A stretch of DNA of 64,000 bases, from assembly GCF_024102715.1 (NCBI RefSeq), contig NZ_JAGFJM010000009.1, forward strand, positions 4,041-68,040, written 5' to 3'. This DNA comes from Nitrosomonas communis. Its GTDB lineage: Bacteria > Pseudomonadota > Gammaproteobacteria > Burkholderiales > Nitrosomonadaceae. Shown here in pieces: positions 44,054-53,912 of this stretch. The notes beneath the pieces were generated by a model, which was not told where the DNA came from, searched no databases, and saw only the letters and a list, made by a program, of their open reading frames with translations. The position numbers and the translations under genes were made by a program. Each line of letters begins with the position of its first letter. Within the stretch, counting starts at the first letter, position 1.

Positions 44054-45147
44054 ATTAAATCTCCTATAGCTACTGGAATACGCCACCTGCCAAATATTTC
44101 GGCATGTTCACCAAAGCGCCCGGCAATGACGGCATCACAATCGGGACAATGACTGTTGGTCGTCAGACGATATTGTGCAATCTCATACCAGTCACGCTCA
44201 ATCACGGTTGCACCGCATGATGGACAAAAAGTGGTATCACCTTCACGGTTATGCACGTTTCCTGTATAAACGTATTTGAGTCCTGCCGTTTGGGCAATTT
44301 TCCGCGCCCGAATCAGGGTACTCGCTGGAGTAGCCGGTATGTCAATCATCTTGTAGTCGGGATGAAATGCTGAAAAGTGTATCGGCACTTCCACACCAAG
44401 TTCCCTCGCTACCCATTCGCTCAGCGCCTCTAGTTCTTCGGTAGAATCATTGCACCCAGGAATTAATAATGTTGTTATTTCAAACCATACCTGTGTTTCA
44501 TGTTTGAGATATTTCAATGTCTCAAGCACCGGCTGTAAGTGCGCGCCGGTTTGCTTGACATAAAACTCTTCAGTAAATGCTTTTAGATCGACATTGGCCG
44601 CATCCATCTTGGCAAAGAAATCGCGTCGGGGCTCAGCATGGATATAGCCTGCTGTGACTGCCACGGTCTTGATATTCCGTGCATGGCACGCATCAGCCAC
44701 ATCCATGGCGTATTCTGCAAAAATAACTGGGTCGTTATAGGTAAACGCGACACTTTTGCAACCCAAACGTTCAGCGGTACGTGCAATAGCATCTGGACTT
44801 GCCTGCTCAGCCAGCTTGTCGAAACTGCGTGATTTGGAAATATCCCAGTTCTGGCAGAATTTGCAAGCAAGATTGCAACCCGCTGTGCCAAAAGACAAAA
44901 TACTGCTGCCCGGATAAAAGTGGTTCAATGGCTTTTTCTCGATCGGATCCACACAGAAACCGGAAGAACGACCATAGGTCGTCAGCACCATTTCATCACC
45001 TGCCCGGCCCCGTACAAAGCACGCACCGCGCTGCCCTTCATGCAATTTGCAATCGCGTGGACACAAGTCACACTGGATACGCCCATCACTCAGCCAATGC
45101 CAGTATCTGGCCGGATTTCGTTCTGCATTGCTAATTGGTTGATCCAT
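44050..45147 (-). CDS. amrS: AmmeMemoRadiSam system radical SAM enzyme
   Basis: CDLCPRDC, DPIEKKPLNHF, GCNLACKFCQNWDIS (CxxxCxxC), TYNDP, NVDLKAF, C-terminal CPSCG/CPDC. Confidence 0.93.
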   Translation of the reverse strand: MDQPISNAERNPARYWHWLSDGRIQCDLCPRDCKLHEGQRGACFVRGRAGDEMVLTTYGRSSGFCVDPIEKKPLNHFYPGSSILSFGTAGCNLACKFCQNWDISKSRSFDKLAEQASPDAIARTAERLGCKSVAFTYNDPVIFAEYAMDVADACHARNIKTVAVTAGYIHAEPRRDFFAKMDAANVDLKAFTEEFYVKQTGAHLQPVLETLKYLKHETQVWFEITTLLIPGCNDSTEELEALSEWVARELGVEVPIHFSAFHPDYKMIDIPATPASTLIRARKIAQTAGLKYVYTGNVHNREGDTTFCPSCGATVIERDWYEIAQYRLTTNSHCPDCDAVIAGRFGEHAEIFGRWRIPVAIGDLI

Positions 45148-45718
45148 TTGGATACTCCTCTACAACATCAATTTCATGCCATTTGGTAACGGTATAGCGC
45201 GACAGTTTGATTCCTTCTGCCCAGAAATCTGCAGGCAATCCAGCCTTTCGCTTCAATAAGGCCAGAAACAGTCGAGGTTGCGAAAGCTCCTGCCATACTT
45301 GCGGCAAAAAGGTGCTGCGATAATAGCCATATTCAAGCACGATGCCATCTATACCTGGCCGCAACTGCGCAAGCGCATCTGTTTCATCCCGCACATCCAT
45401 TGCCCACACCGGCGATAGCACTGAAATTTCGATTTCAATATCATCAAACTCAGCAGTGCGCAAAGGTGCAAAACGCGGATCATGTAAAGCAGCAGAAACC
45501 GCATTGCATTTGACATCCATTAGCAATGATTGTTGCGCCTGAAGTGAGCCGATGCAACCACGCAACTGTCCCTCCTGCATGAGCGTGACAAAACACGCGC
45601 CCAATTCTTGCAACCATGGCACGCGCTCATCAGCATCCGATTGATAAGCGACATTTAAAGCAGAGGCAATCGCCGCCCGCCCAATCGACAATAACTCCTT
45701 TCCTTGATCAACCCGCAT
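45131..45718 (-). CDS. amrA: AmmeMemoRadiSam system protein A (AMMECR1 domain)
   Basis: GACFVTL, LRGCIGS, DPRF, EISVLS, TFLPQVW. ATG 45718 preferred; the ORF extends to 45769. Confidence 0.92.
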   Translation of the reverse strand: MRVDQGKELLSIGRAAIASALNVAYQSDADERVPWLQELGACFVTLMQEGQLRGCIGSLQAQQSLLMDVKCNAVSAALHDPRFAPLRTAEFDDIEIEISVLSPVWAMDVRDETDALAQLRPGIDGIVLEYGYYRSTFLPQVWQELSQPRLFLALLKRKAGLPADFWAEGIKLSRYTVTKWHEIDVVEEYPNGSTN

Positions 45719-46529
45719 ATCCAGCGCTCTTTGAGGACAAATTAGACAATGTAAAAGCAAACGCGCCATAACCTACTACCTGATCGCGTGAACCCGCTGT
45801 ATCACCTGAGTTGCGCAAATCCAGCAGATGTGGCGTCAACTGATGCTTGCGCACCGTCGCAATCAGACCATTAATAGGCGTTGCCCCACAAGCCTGCTTG
45901 TGATCAATGAATTGGCGTAATTGAAGAATGGATAGAGCAGTCTCATTATCTTCGCGTTGCGCGAGACCATAGGGTAAATAGTGGGAAAGATCGGAACTGA
46001 TGATAATCAATGTTTCCTCCCCTCCCCATAAGCAGTCCAATACCGCGGCAACCTCTTCAGCGGAGGCCATTCCCACGACCAATGGCAAGATCGAAAAATC
46101 CGTTAAGATACTTTGCAAGAAAGGTAACTGCACCTCCAGTGAATGCTCCAGCACATGGGCTCGCGCATTGATTGCCAGTTGTGGCAGGTGTGCAACTTTA
46201 CCGATGCTAACGGTATCCACCGTCACCGTGCCCAAGGGGGTAGCAAAAGCATCTACACCTGGCAATGCCAGACCACGCACTGCAACCCTGTGTGCAGGAC
46301 CCAGCAAGATGACATGCCGGATACGCTGAGCAAAAGGATAAAGTGTGGCATATGCGGATGCTGCAACCGCACCCGAATAGATATAGCCCGCATGCGGCAC
46401 AATTAATGCTTTGGGTATTGATTTATGCGCCTGTGCAACGCGCAACAATTGCTTGATACTTTCAGTCAGTTGCTGAGCATCAGCTGAATAAAATAGCCCC
46501 GCTACCGCAGGATGACGGACAGTAACCAT
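45708..46529 (-). CDS. amrB: AmmeMemoRadiSam system protein B (MEMO1 family)
   Basis: PAVAGLFY, PHAGYIYSG, EHSLEVQLPFL, SSDLSHY, ACG, VVGY. Confidence 0.93.
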   Translation of the reverse strand: MVTVRHPAVAGLFYSADAQQLTESIKQLLRVAQAHKSIPKALIVPHAGYIYSGAVAASAYATLYPFAQRIRHVILLGPAHRVAVRGLALPGVDAFATPLGTVTVDTVSIGKVAHLPQLAINARAHVLEHSLEVQLPFLQSILTDFSILPLVVGMASAEEVAAVLDCLWGGEETLIIISSDLSHYLPYGLAQREDNETALSILQLRQFIDHKQACGATPINGLIATVRKHQLTPHLLDLRNSGDTAGSRDQVVGYGAFAFTLSNLSSKSAGYAG

Positions 46530-46699
46530 GGGTAAATTTCCATAAATCGGATGGCGCTAACATAAGGGCGATCTCTGGCAAATCAAGGAAATATCAATTA
46601 AAAAAATTACATTCTTCCGTAATTTATCGGTGTGCAATCATCCAAATTAAGCAGTGAAAGTTAAGTTACAAGAAGTAAATGATCGCCGCCAAGAACCAA

Positions 46700-47758
46700 T
46701 CAAGATTGCATTGTATCCAAATACTGCTTATGCAGATGCCTGAGCCATACCAGCAAGATAGCACTGATCGGCAGCGCTAATAAAATACCAATAAATCCAA
46801 ATAACTGACCAAAGGCTAGTAATGCAAAAATAACCATGACTGGATGCAGGCCAATGCGCTCGCCTACCAGCCAGGGCGTGATCAGCATGCTTTCGAGTAA
46901 CTGGCCTATAGCGAACACGCCCCAGACTGTCATCACGCCGCTCCATTCCTGAAACTGCATGACTGCGGCAAATGTCGCAAGTGCTAAACCCACAATTGCA
47001 CCCAGATAGGGTACAAATACCAGCATGCCCGCCAGAAGACCGATCGGTAAGGCAAATTCTAGCCCAACCATCCATAAGCCTGTCACATAAAAGCCGCTCA
47101 TCAGAATAATGACAGCAATCTGTCCGCGCAGGAATTCTGCCAAGACCCGGTCAGTTTCATGCACTAGCGGGTATAGCTGCTTTCGCCAAACTGGTGGTAT
47201 CCATCCATTGATCTGGGAAATCAAAGCATTCCAATCTCGCAGCAGGTAAAACAGCACAACCGGCACAAGCAGCAAATTCATTAAAAAATCCAATATCACC
47301 ATACCACCGCTCGTCAGTGAGGGCAGCATCTTGGCCGCAACACCCCCAGCGCTCTTCCAGTGTTCTGCCACAGCTTGCCTGAGCATGGCCACGTCCAGTT
47401 GCAAATCGATCCCCAGCGTTGTTTTCAGCCATGGAATCCACTGATTCTTAACGGTCTCAAGATAATCTGGAGCACGCTCCAGCAGCCGCATTATCTCACT
47501 CTCAAACAGTGGCATCATGACTAAAATCAAGGTAGTGAATGCTCCTAGTGATAACAGCATGACCAGCACCGTTGCCAAGGTGCGGGAAATTTTTCTGGTC
47601 GACAGCCATGAAACGAGCGGATTACCCATATAGGCAATCACTGCAGCCAGTAAAAATGGCGTCAATATTGGACTTAGAAGATATATCAACGCCCCCAGCA
47701 CACCGATCAAGATGATCCACCAAAGATAATGTTGATCCTCAGAGTGTTTAGAGTTCAT
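46700..47758 (-). CDS. AI-2E/PerM family transporter
   Basis: LTPFLLA, FLRGQ, FVPYLG, GERIGLHPV, GFIGILLALP; divergent from purM. Confidence 0.92.
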   Translation of the reverse strand: MNSKHSEDQHYLWWIILIGVLGALIYLLSPILTPFLLAAVIAYMGNPLVSWLSTRKISRTLATVLVMLLSLGAFTTLILVMMPLFESEIMRLLERAPDYLETVKNQWIPWLKTTLGIDLQLDVAMLRQAVAEHWKSAGGVAAKMLPSLTSGGMVILDFLMNLLLVPVVLFYLLRDWNALISQINGWIPPVWRKQLYPLVHETDRVLAEFLRGQIAVIILMSGFYVTGLWMVGLEFALPIGLLAGMLVFVPYLGAIVGLALATFAAVMQFQEWSGVMTVWGVFAIGQLLESMLITPWLVGERIGLHPVMVIFALLAFGQLFGFIGILLALPISAILLVWLRHLHKQYLDTMQS

Positions 47759-47820
47759 TTGCGGTAAAATTACGATTTCAGGAAAATGGCACTCTATCTG
47801 TAACCTAGCGAGAACTCAAC

Positions 47821-48879
47821 TTGACTTCATCCAATTCCCAACATCCGAAACCAGACCAGCTATCCTATCGCGATGCCGGTGTCAACATTGATGCAGGCAA
47901 TCTTCTGGTTGAGAAAATTAAACCTTTTGCCCAACGCACATGGCGCCCGGAAATACTTGCCGGCATTGGAGGCTTCGGCGCGCTGTTTGAAATTCCCCGA
48001 AAATACCGCAATCCGGTATTGGTAGCAGGAACAGATGGTGTAGGCACCAAATTAAAACTTGCCTTCCAGTTTAACCAGCACAACAACATTGGCATTGATC
48101 TGGTTGCCATGAGTGTCAATGATATTCTCGTGCAGGGTGCAGAACCATTATTCTTTCTGGATTACTTTGCCTGCGGTAGCTTGCATGTGGATACAGCTGC
48201 CCGGGTTGTTCAAAGTATTGCGGCAGGTTGCGAACAGGCTGGATGCGCCTTGATTGGCGGAGAAACAGCCGAGATGCCCGGCATGTATCCGGCAGGTGAA
48301 TACGATCTGGCTGGCTTTGCTGTCGGCATCGTAGAAAAAGATAACATCATTAATGGCTCTTCCATTGCGAAGAACGATATCATTCTAGGCATCGCCTCCA
48401 ATGGTGCACATTCCAATGGTTTCTCGCTGATACGCAAAATTATCGAAAAACGTGCTGTTGATTTAAACAGCACGTTTGGAGACAGCACTCTGCTAGAAGC
48501 CATCATGGCACCTACTCGTATCTACGCGAAACCTGTATTGGAGTTAATCAGACAATTGCCGGTAAAAGGTCTTGCCCATATCACCGGCGGCGGACTATTA
48601 GAAAATATTCCCCGTATTCTGCCTGTCGGCACAATGGCTACTGTTCAGAAGGATTCCTGGAAAATTCCTTCCTTATTTTATTGGCTGCAACAGCAAGGCA
48701 ACATTGCTGAGGAAGAAATGTTCCGGGTTTTCAATTGCGGCATAGGGATGGTTTTGGTGGTTGCACCTGAACATGCTGATCAAGCGATGGCCATTTTGCA
48801 TGCCTGTGGAGAAACTGTCTGGCGGATCGGCCATATCAAACAATGTCTTGCCCACGAACCCACGATTTCGATTATTTAA
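47821..48879 (+). CDS. purM: Phosphoribosylaminoimidazole synthetase
   Basis: [52 protein letters not shown]. Confidence 0.98.
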   Translation: MTSSNSQHPKPDQLSYRDAGVNIDAGNLLVEKIKPFAQRTWRPEILAGIGGFGALFEIPRKYRNPVLVAGTDGVGTKLKLAFQFNQHNNIGIDLVAMSVNDILVQGAEPLFFLDYFACGSLHVDTAARVVQSIAAGCEQAGCALIGGETAEMPGMYPAGEYDLAGFAVGIVEKDNIINGSSIAKNDIILGIASNGAHSNGFSLIRKIIEKRAVDLNSTFGDSTLLEAIMAPTRIYAKPVLELIRQLPVKGLAHITGGGLLENIPRILPVGTMATVQKDSWKIPSLFYWLQQQGNIAEEEMFRVFNCGIGMVLVVAPEHADQAMAILHACGETVWRIGHIKQCLAHEPTISII

Positions 48880-48892
48880 CCAGTAACAACGC

Positions 48893-49531
48893 ATGAAATC
48901 CCTGGTTATTCTTATTTCTGGTCGAGGCAGTAATATGCAGCAGCTGCTTGATGCAAAACTGCCAGCAAGCGCCATCACTGTAATCAGTAATAACCCAGCT
49001 GCAGCAGGACTAGAAGCTGCTCGATTGCGTCAGATTCAGACAGTTGTCGTCGATCATCGCGCCTACCCAGATCGTGCAACATTCGATGCTGCACTGGCAG
49101 AAAAAATTGATGCCTGCCAACCCGACTTGGTTGCACTCGCTGGATTCATGCGCATTCTTGGAGACAGTTTTGTAAATCGTTACCAGCACCGACTAATTAA
49201 TATCCATCCTTCCTTGTTACCCGCCTTTTCCGGTTTGAACACACACGCACGCGCATTACAGGAAGGCGTAAAGATCCATGGCTGTACGGTACACTTTGTT
49301 ACCTCGCAGCTAGATCATGGCCCCATTATTATTCAAGCTGCGGTTCCTGTGTTGCCTGAAGATACCACTGAAACTTTGGCTGCGCGCGTTCTCCAGCAGG
49401 AACACCTAATTTACCCGCAAGCTGTCCGCTGGTTTCTGGAAGATCGCGTTATGCTCTCTGATGGCTGCGTAAACATTCGGGCAGCTGCCATAGAAAACCA
49501 TGTTTTATATTCGCCTCGTTTAGATCAATGA
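48893..49531 (+). CDS. purN: Phosphoribosylglycinamide formyltransferase
   Basis: ISGRGSN, LAGFMRIL, NIHPSLLP, HGCTVHFV, LDHGPII. Confidence 0.98.
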   Translation: MKSLVILISGRGSNMQQLLDAKLPASAITVISNNPAAAGLEAARLRQIQTVVVDHRAYPDRATFDAALAEKIDACQPDLVALAGFMRILGDSFVNRYQHRLINIHPSLLPAFSGLNTHARALQEGVKIHGCTVHFVTSQLDHGPIIIQAAVPVLPEDTTETLAARVLQQEHLIYPQAVRWFLEDRVMLSDGCVNIRAAAIENHVLYSPRLDQ

Positions 49532-49673
49532 AAATTTGTTTGAAATATACTGATGATCCTGTAACAAATTCTTACGAGCCGTTAATTAGTCCGTTATGTC
49601 TGCTGCTGAGAAAAACTAAACCTCTCATGAATCAGTTTGAGGCACGTTCAAATTACTACCCGTTCCTTTAATC

Positions 49674-50930
49674 ATGCGCCCAACGCTTACTCAATTCGAT
49701 ATGGCCACAATCGCCATACGCACCATCTTACCGCTGAAATCCCCCGCCGATGTCCTGCTGCGTCAGTTTTTCCGGGATCATCCGGCAGCAGGTCAGAATG
49801 ATCGAGCTGTCATTGCAGAGATTGTCTTCGGTATTTTACGCCACAGATTTTTTCTGGAATGCTTGACCGAAAAAACCACGCCTCGCGCCTTGCTTCTGGC
49901 TTACCTAGTCAAATTTGAAGGTATGAATCTGCGCGAACTGACCACCTTCATCAATGAAAGCGAGGCTAAATGGCTCGCGCACATCAAGGCAGTCACATTG
50001 GCATCACAGCCGCTTGCCATTCAGGCAGAATTTCCTCAATGGTTCATGGAAAAGTTGCAAAAATTCTTATCCGATGCTGAGATTCTCAGACTGGGCCAGG
50101 CGTTACAGCAGCCAGCCCCTTTAGACCTACGCGTCAATACCCTCCTTGCAAAACGTGACGAGATACTTACACTATTAAATCAGAAAAGTATCGATGCCCA
50201 TGCTACACCCTACTCACCTATCGGCATTCGCCTAACTGGCAAACCCGCCATTAATAAAGATCCGCTCTTTCTTTCCGGAAAAATAGAAGTACAGGATGAA
50301 GGCAGTCAGATTCTGGGCTATCTGCTCGCACCACGGCGCAGCGAAATGGTGGTTGATTTTTGTGCAGGTGCTGGTGGCAAAGCATTGATGCTGGGAGCGC
50401 TCATGCATTCCCAAGGACGTATTTATGCTTTCGATATCTCTGAAAAGCGACTCAATAATCTGAAACCGCGTCTCAAGCGCTCTGGCTTGTCCAATTTACA
50501 TCCTCATCGCATCAACAATGAAAATGATGCCAGGATAAAGCGTCTGTACGGAAAAATAGATCGGGTACTGGTTGACGTCCCCTGTAGTGGATTAGGCACA
50601 TTACGCCGTAACCCGGATCTGAAATGGCGGCAAACACCGCAAAGTATCGAAGAATTAAAACACAAACAAGCAGACATCCTTTCTTCTGCAGCCAATCTTG
50701 TTAAACCAGGTGGCAGGCTCGTTTACGCTACCTGTAGCCTACTACCCGAAGAAAATCAGGAGATCATCGAATGCTTCCTCTCTGGCAACACTCTTTTCAC
50801 ACGGTTAAATTGCGCAAATCTGCTGGCACAACAAAAAATACCACTTGATACCGGAGAATACTTACAATTATCGCCGGCACTTCATCAGACTGATGGCTTC
50901 TTTGCCGCGGCTTTAGAGCGAAAAAAATAA
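49674..50930 (+). CDS. RsmB/NOP family RNA m5C methyltransferase
   Basis: VQDEGSQ, DFCAGAGGK, DVPCSGLG, YATCS, TDGFFAA. Confidence 0.92.
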   Translation: MRPTLTQFDMATIAIRTILPLKSPADVLLRQFFRDHPAAGQNDRAVIAEIVFGILRHRFFLECLTEKTTPRALLLAYLVKFEGMNLRELTTFINESEAKWLAHIKAVTLASQPLAIQAEFPQWFMEKLQKFLSDAEILRLGQALQQPAPLDLRVNTLLAKRDEILTLLNQKSIDAHATPYSPIGIRLTGKPAINKDPLFLSGKIEVQDEGSQILGYLLAPRRSEMVVDFCAGAGGKALMLGALMHSQGRIYAFDISEKRLNNLKPRLKRSGLSNLHPHRINNENDARIKRLYGKIDRVLVDVPCSGLGTLRRNPDLKWRQTPQSIEELKHKQADILSSAANLVKPGGRLVYATCSLLPEENQEIIECFLSGNTLFTRLNCANLLAQQKIPLDTGEYLQLSPALHQTDGFFAAALERKK

Positions 50931-50984
50931 CTTGATCTATTTTTTCCATCAGCGCAGTAGAATGTTTAATTTTAGCAATTGTAA

Positions 50985-53900
50985 TCAAGTCTCAGATGAG
51001 TGAAAGATCTCGTCACCAGCAGATGGTTTGCCAATATAGTAACCTTGGGCAAAATCCACTTCCATTTTCTCCAGTAGTATAAGCACCTCCTCATTCTCAA
51101 CAAATTCAGCGGTAATTTTCTTACCAAAACCTTTTGCTACGCTGCATAAGGCTTTAACCAGTATTTGATCAGCAGGATTGCTTGCCAGATTGCGTACAAA
51201 TGAACCATCTATTTTCACCGCGTCAACAGGTAATTCTCTCAAATAGTAGAAAGATGAAAAACCAACCCCAAAATCATCCAGCACAAAACCGCAACCTAAT
51301 TCCTTAATTTCTCGAAGCAGGTTTCGTGTTCCGGGTAAATTATCCAGAGCGGCAGTTTCTGTTATTTCAAACATTAAAAGCGTAGGATCAACACCACTAA
51401 GCATCAGCTCCTGCCTAATCACTGGCAACAATTCCGGATCGTTGAACGCGTGTGCGGATAAGTTGATGGATAAGCGAATCCGGCTACCCGATTTATTGAT
51501 CTTGGCTGCTTGTGCAATTGCTTTACGCAATACCATATGATCAATCTCATGAATCAGCCCGGTATGTTCCGCAGCAGCAATAAAAACCGCAGGCGAATGA
51601 ATGGTACCGTCCTGATCGCGCATACGCAGCAACACTTCATAATGAGCGATCGTTCTATCACGTAGCGCCATAATTGGTTGGAAATAAAGCAGATACTTAT
51701 CATATAAATTGGCATATTCGATTTTTTCTTTCCAATGTACAAGCGTGTGCATTCGTTCTCTCGTTTGATCATCATCGGAGAATAGATGCCAGGTTCCCCG
51801 TCCGATTTCCTTGGCCTGATACATAGCAAGGTCAGCTGCGGCCAATAAATCGTGTACATTGTTACCATGCTCGGGAAAAAGGGCAATACCGATACTGGCT
51901 GCAATTTTGTATGTTCTTCCATTTACGGTTAGCTGTGTTTCACTTAATCTGAACAGAATTTTCTTTGCAACTTCAATGGCTCCACTCGCTGTAATTTCTG
52001 GCAAAATAACCGCAAACTCATCTCCGCCCAAACGCCCCGTCACATCCGCAGCACGAATGGTATGAGACAGCATGTCCGCAACTATCTTAAGTAAAGCATC
52101 GCCAGCTTGGTGTCCACTGGTATCATTAATATACTTAAATCGATCGAGATCAAAAAATAACAATGCGCCGGGATGCTGATATCGCTCCGCCCAGCTGATC
52201 ATCTGCTCGAGTTCTTCACTGAAACGGCGACGATTGTATAGATTTGTCAATGGATCATGGTCAGCCAACCATGCTAAATGACCTTCCACTCGCTTGTATT
52301 CTGTGATATCTAAGCCTACCGAAAGTACTGATGGCTCCCCCTCTGATTGCCACGACAAACGGGAATGCAACCAAACAATATGTTTTTTTGAGCCATCATT
52401 ACATAAAGTAATGGTCTCATGCCTCAGTTGCTCACGTCGGCCATGACGCATCTCCTCTAAATATTGACCAAGATTGTACTGCTCACTGTCAGGTGACAGG
52501 ATTTCAAAAAAAGGCTTACCGCGAATCTCTTCTTCGGAATAACGCATCAGCATTTCGCCATAAGCGTTCAACATTATTATGTTACCTTTAACATCCTGGG
52601 TCAGCACGATGACTTGCGCTGTATCAAGCAAGTGCGCAATAAAATCTTTCTCTTTGCTTAATTCATCCCGTTGCTGTACCAGTAGCTTGGTACGATAAAC
52701 AACTTTATCCTCCAGCATCTCAAGCTTATGAGACAACGTTACGGTTGCTTCATAAAGAAGATCAATCTCATCCTTTAGCCATTGTTTCCTGTTAATGGAA
52801 GAAAGGGTTGCGCGGAAAATTCCAAAGCTACTCCCTGCCAATAGCGGCAAGTTAAATACAATATGCTTAAGTTGTGAGAGTGGCTTAGAGAGGATGGCAA
52901 ATAACAGTATTTCTGAAAATACTAATCCAATCAGGCCGATGATGATAATACGCCAGATAGAATCACGAATCGCCTCGATGGTCGCTGTGATATCAGTAAT
53001 GACAACCAAGTGTGCCTGATTAGCCACCCCAATCCCTTGTAATGGGAGCAATTTTATGCGCTGATAGCGATTATCCCAGTTGGTTTGAATGCCTTGCTTG
53101 AGGCTCACAAGATTTGGATACTCTTGCTCCGTTTGATAAAGAATGTGAAGATTATTTTCTTTGTTGGTCAATGCAGCCAGATGTATCCCCCAATCAGGAA
53201 ACCATACATCATTATGCTTGAGTGTCTGTTTTTTTTCTTTTAGAAATAATCCAATGTCAGAGCCAAATGCTCGCTTAAAACCTAAAAAAACATCCGTCAG
53301 AGAAGCGCCGATAACAATTGTTCCTGTACGCACGCCCTCCACCAGAAGCGGCTCTATCGTAAACTGTATGCAGCTTTCCACGCATATCAATGGATTAGCG
53401 GGCTGCTCATGCAAATTGACTTCGCGGACATGCTTCAATATAAGCGACTCTCGATAGGCATCCGCCTCGAAACTGTCCCAGCCTTTCAGAAGCTGATTAG
53501 ATTGGTCGTAAAACCTTACGGCTTCAATTCCATTTTGAAGCTGCAATAATGGCCAGTGATGCTCAAATGCGCTTGCAATTTGCTTATCATTTTGTGCAGA
53601 CAAGGCTGTATCCATTCCTTTCAGGAACGGAATCATCCGGATCAGTTGATGCGAGCTGTTTGATATTTGCTCAACAAGACTCTCGACCTCTCTGACATAG
53701 CGCTTATATTGCAGATTGCTTTGCTGATCGATATTATCAATCAGGCTCTTATAATTAATGACACTGAATATCGTCACGACAATCAGCAAAATCACGCTAC
53801 TGAGTAGCGAAATTTTCCAATTCAGGCTGACAAACTTGGATGATGCACGATCAGCAACTTTGACAAGTTGCGTCGATTTCTCCGGAACACTTGGTTTCAT
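50985..53900 (-). CDS. Membrane sensor diguanylate cyclase/phosphodiesterase (periplasmic Cache-like, PAS, GGDEF, EAL)
   Basis: Two TMs flanking about 265 aa; PAS-like segment; DPLTNLYNRR, DLDRFK, RAAD I-site, GGDEF; EVLLR, EITE, DDFG, KIDGSF, QGY. Confidence 0.93.
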   Translation of the reverse strand: MKPSVPEKSTQLVKVADRASSKFVSLNWKISLLSSVILLIVVTIFSVINYKSLIDNIDQQSNLQYKRYVREVESLVEQISNSSHQLIRMIPFLKGMDTALSAQNDKQIASAFEHHWPLLQLQNGIEAVRFYDQSNQLLKGWDSFEADAYRESLILKHVREVNLHEQPANPLICVESCIQFTIEPLLVEGVRTGTIVIGASLTDVFLGFKRAFGSDIGLFLKEKKQTLKHNDVWFPDWGIHLAALTNKENNLHILYQTEQEYPNLVSLKQGIQTNWDNRYQRIKLLPLQGIGVANQAHLVVITDITATIEAIRDSIWRIIIIGLIGLVFSEILLFAILSKPLSQLKHIVFNLPLLAGSSFGIFRATLSSINRKQWLKDEIDLLYEATVTLSHKLEMLEDKVVYRTKLLVQQRDELSKEKDFIAHLLDTAQVIVLTQDVKGNIIMLNAYGEMLMRYSEEEIRGKPFFEILSPDSEQYNLGQYLEEMRHGRREQLRHETITLCNDGSKKHIVWLHSRLSWQSEGEPSVLSVGLDITEYKRVEGHLAWLADHDPLTNLYNRRRFSEELEQMISWAERYQHPGALLFFDLDRFKYINDTSGHQAGDALLKIVADMLSHTIRAADVTGRLGGDEFAVILPEITASGAIEVAKKILFRLSETQLTVNGRTYKIAASIGIALFPEHGNNVHDLLAAADLAMYQAKEIGRGTWHLFSDDDQTRERMHTLVHWKEKIEYANLYDKYLLYFQPIMALRDRTIAHYEVLLRMRDQDGTIHSPAVFIAAAEHTGLIHEIDHMVLRKAIAQAAKINKSGSRIRLSINLSAHAFNDPELLPVIRQELMLSGVDPTLLMFEITETAALDNLPGTRNLLREIKELGCGFVLDDFGVGFSSFYYLRELPVDAVKIDGSFVRNLASNPADQILVKALCSVAKGFGKKITAEFVENEEVLILLEKMEVDFAQGYYIGKPSAGDEIFHSSET

Positions 53901-53912
53901 GCGGATTTCCGC

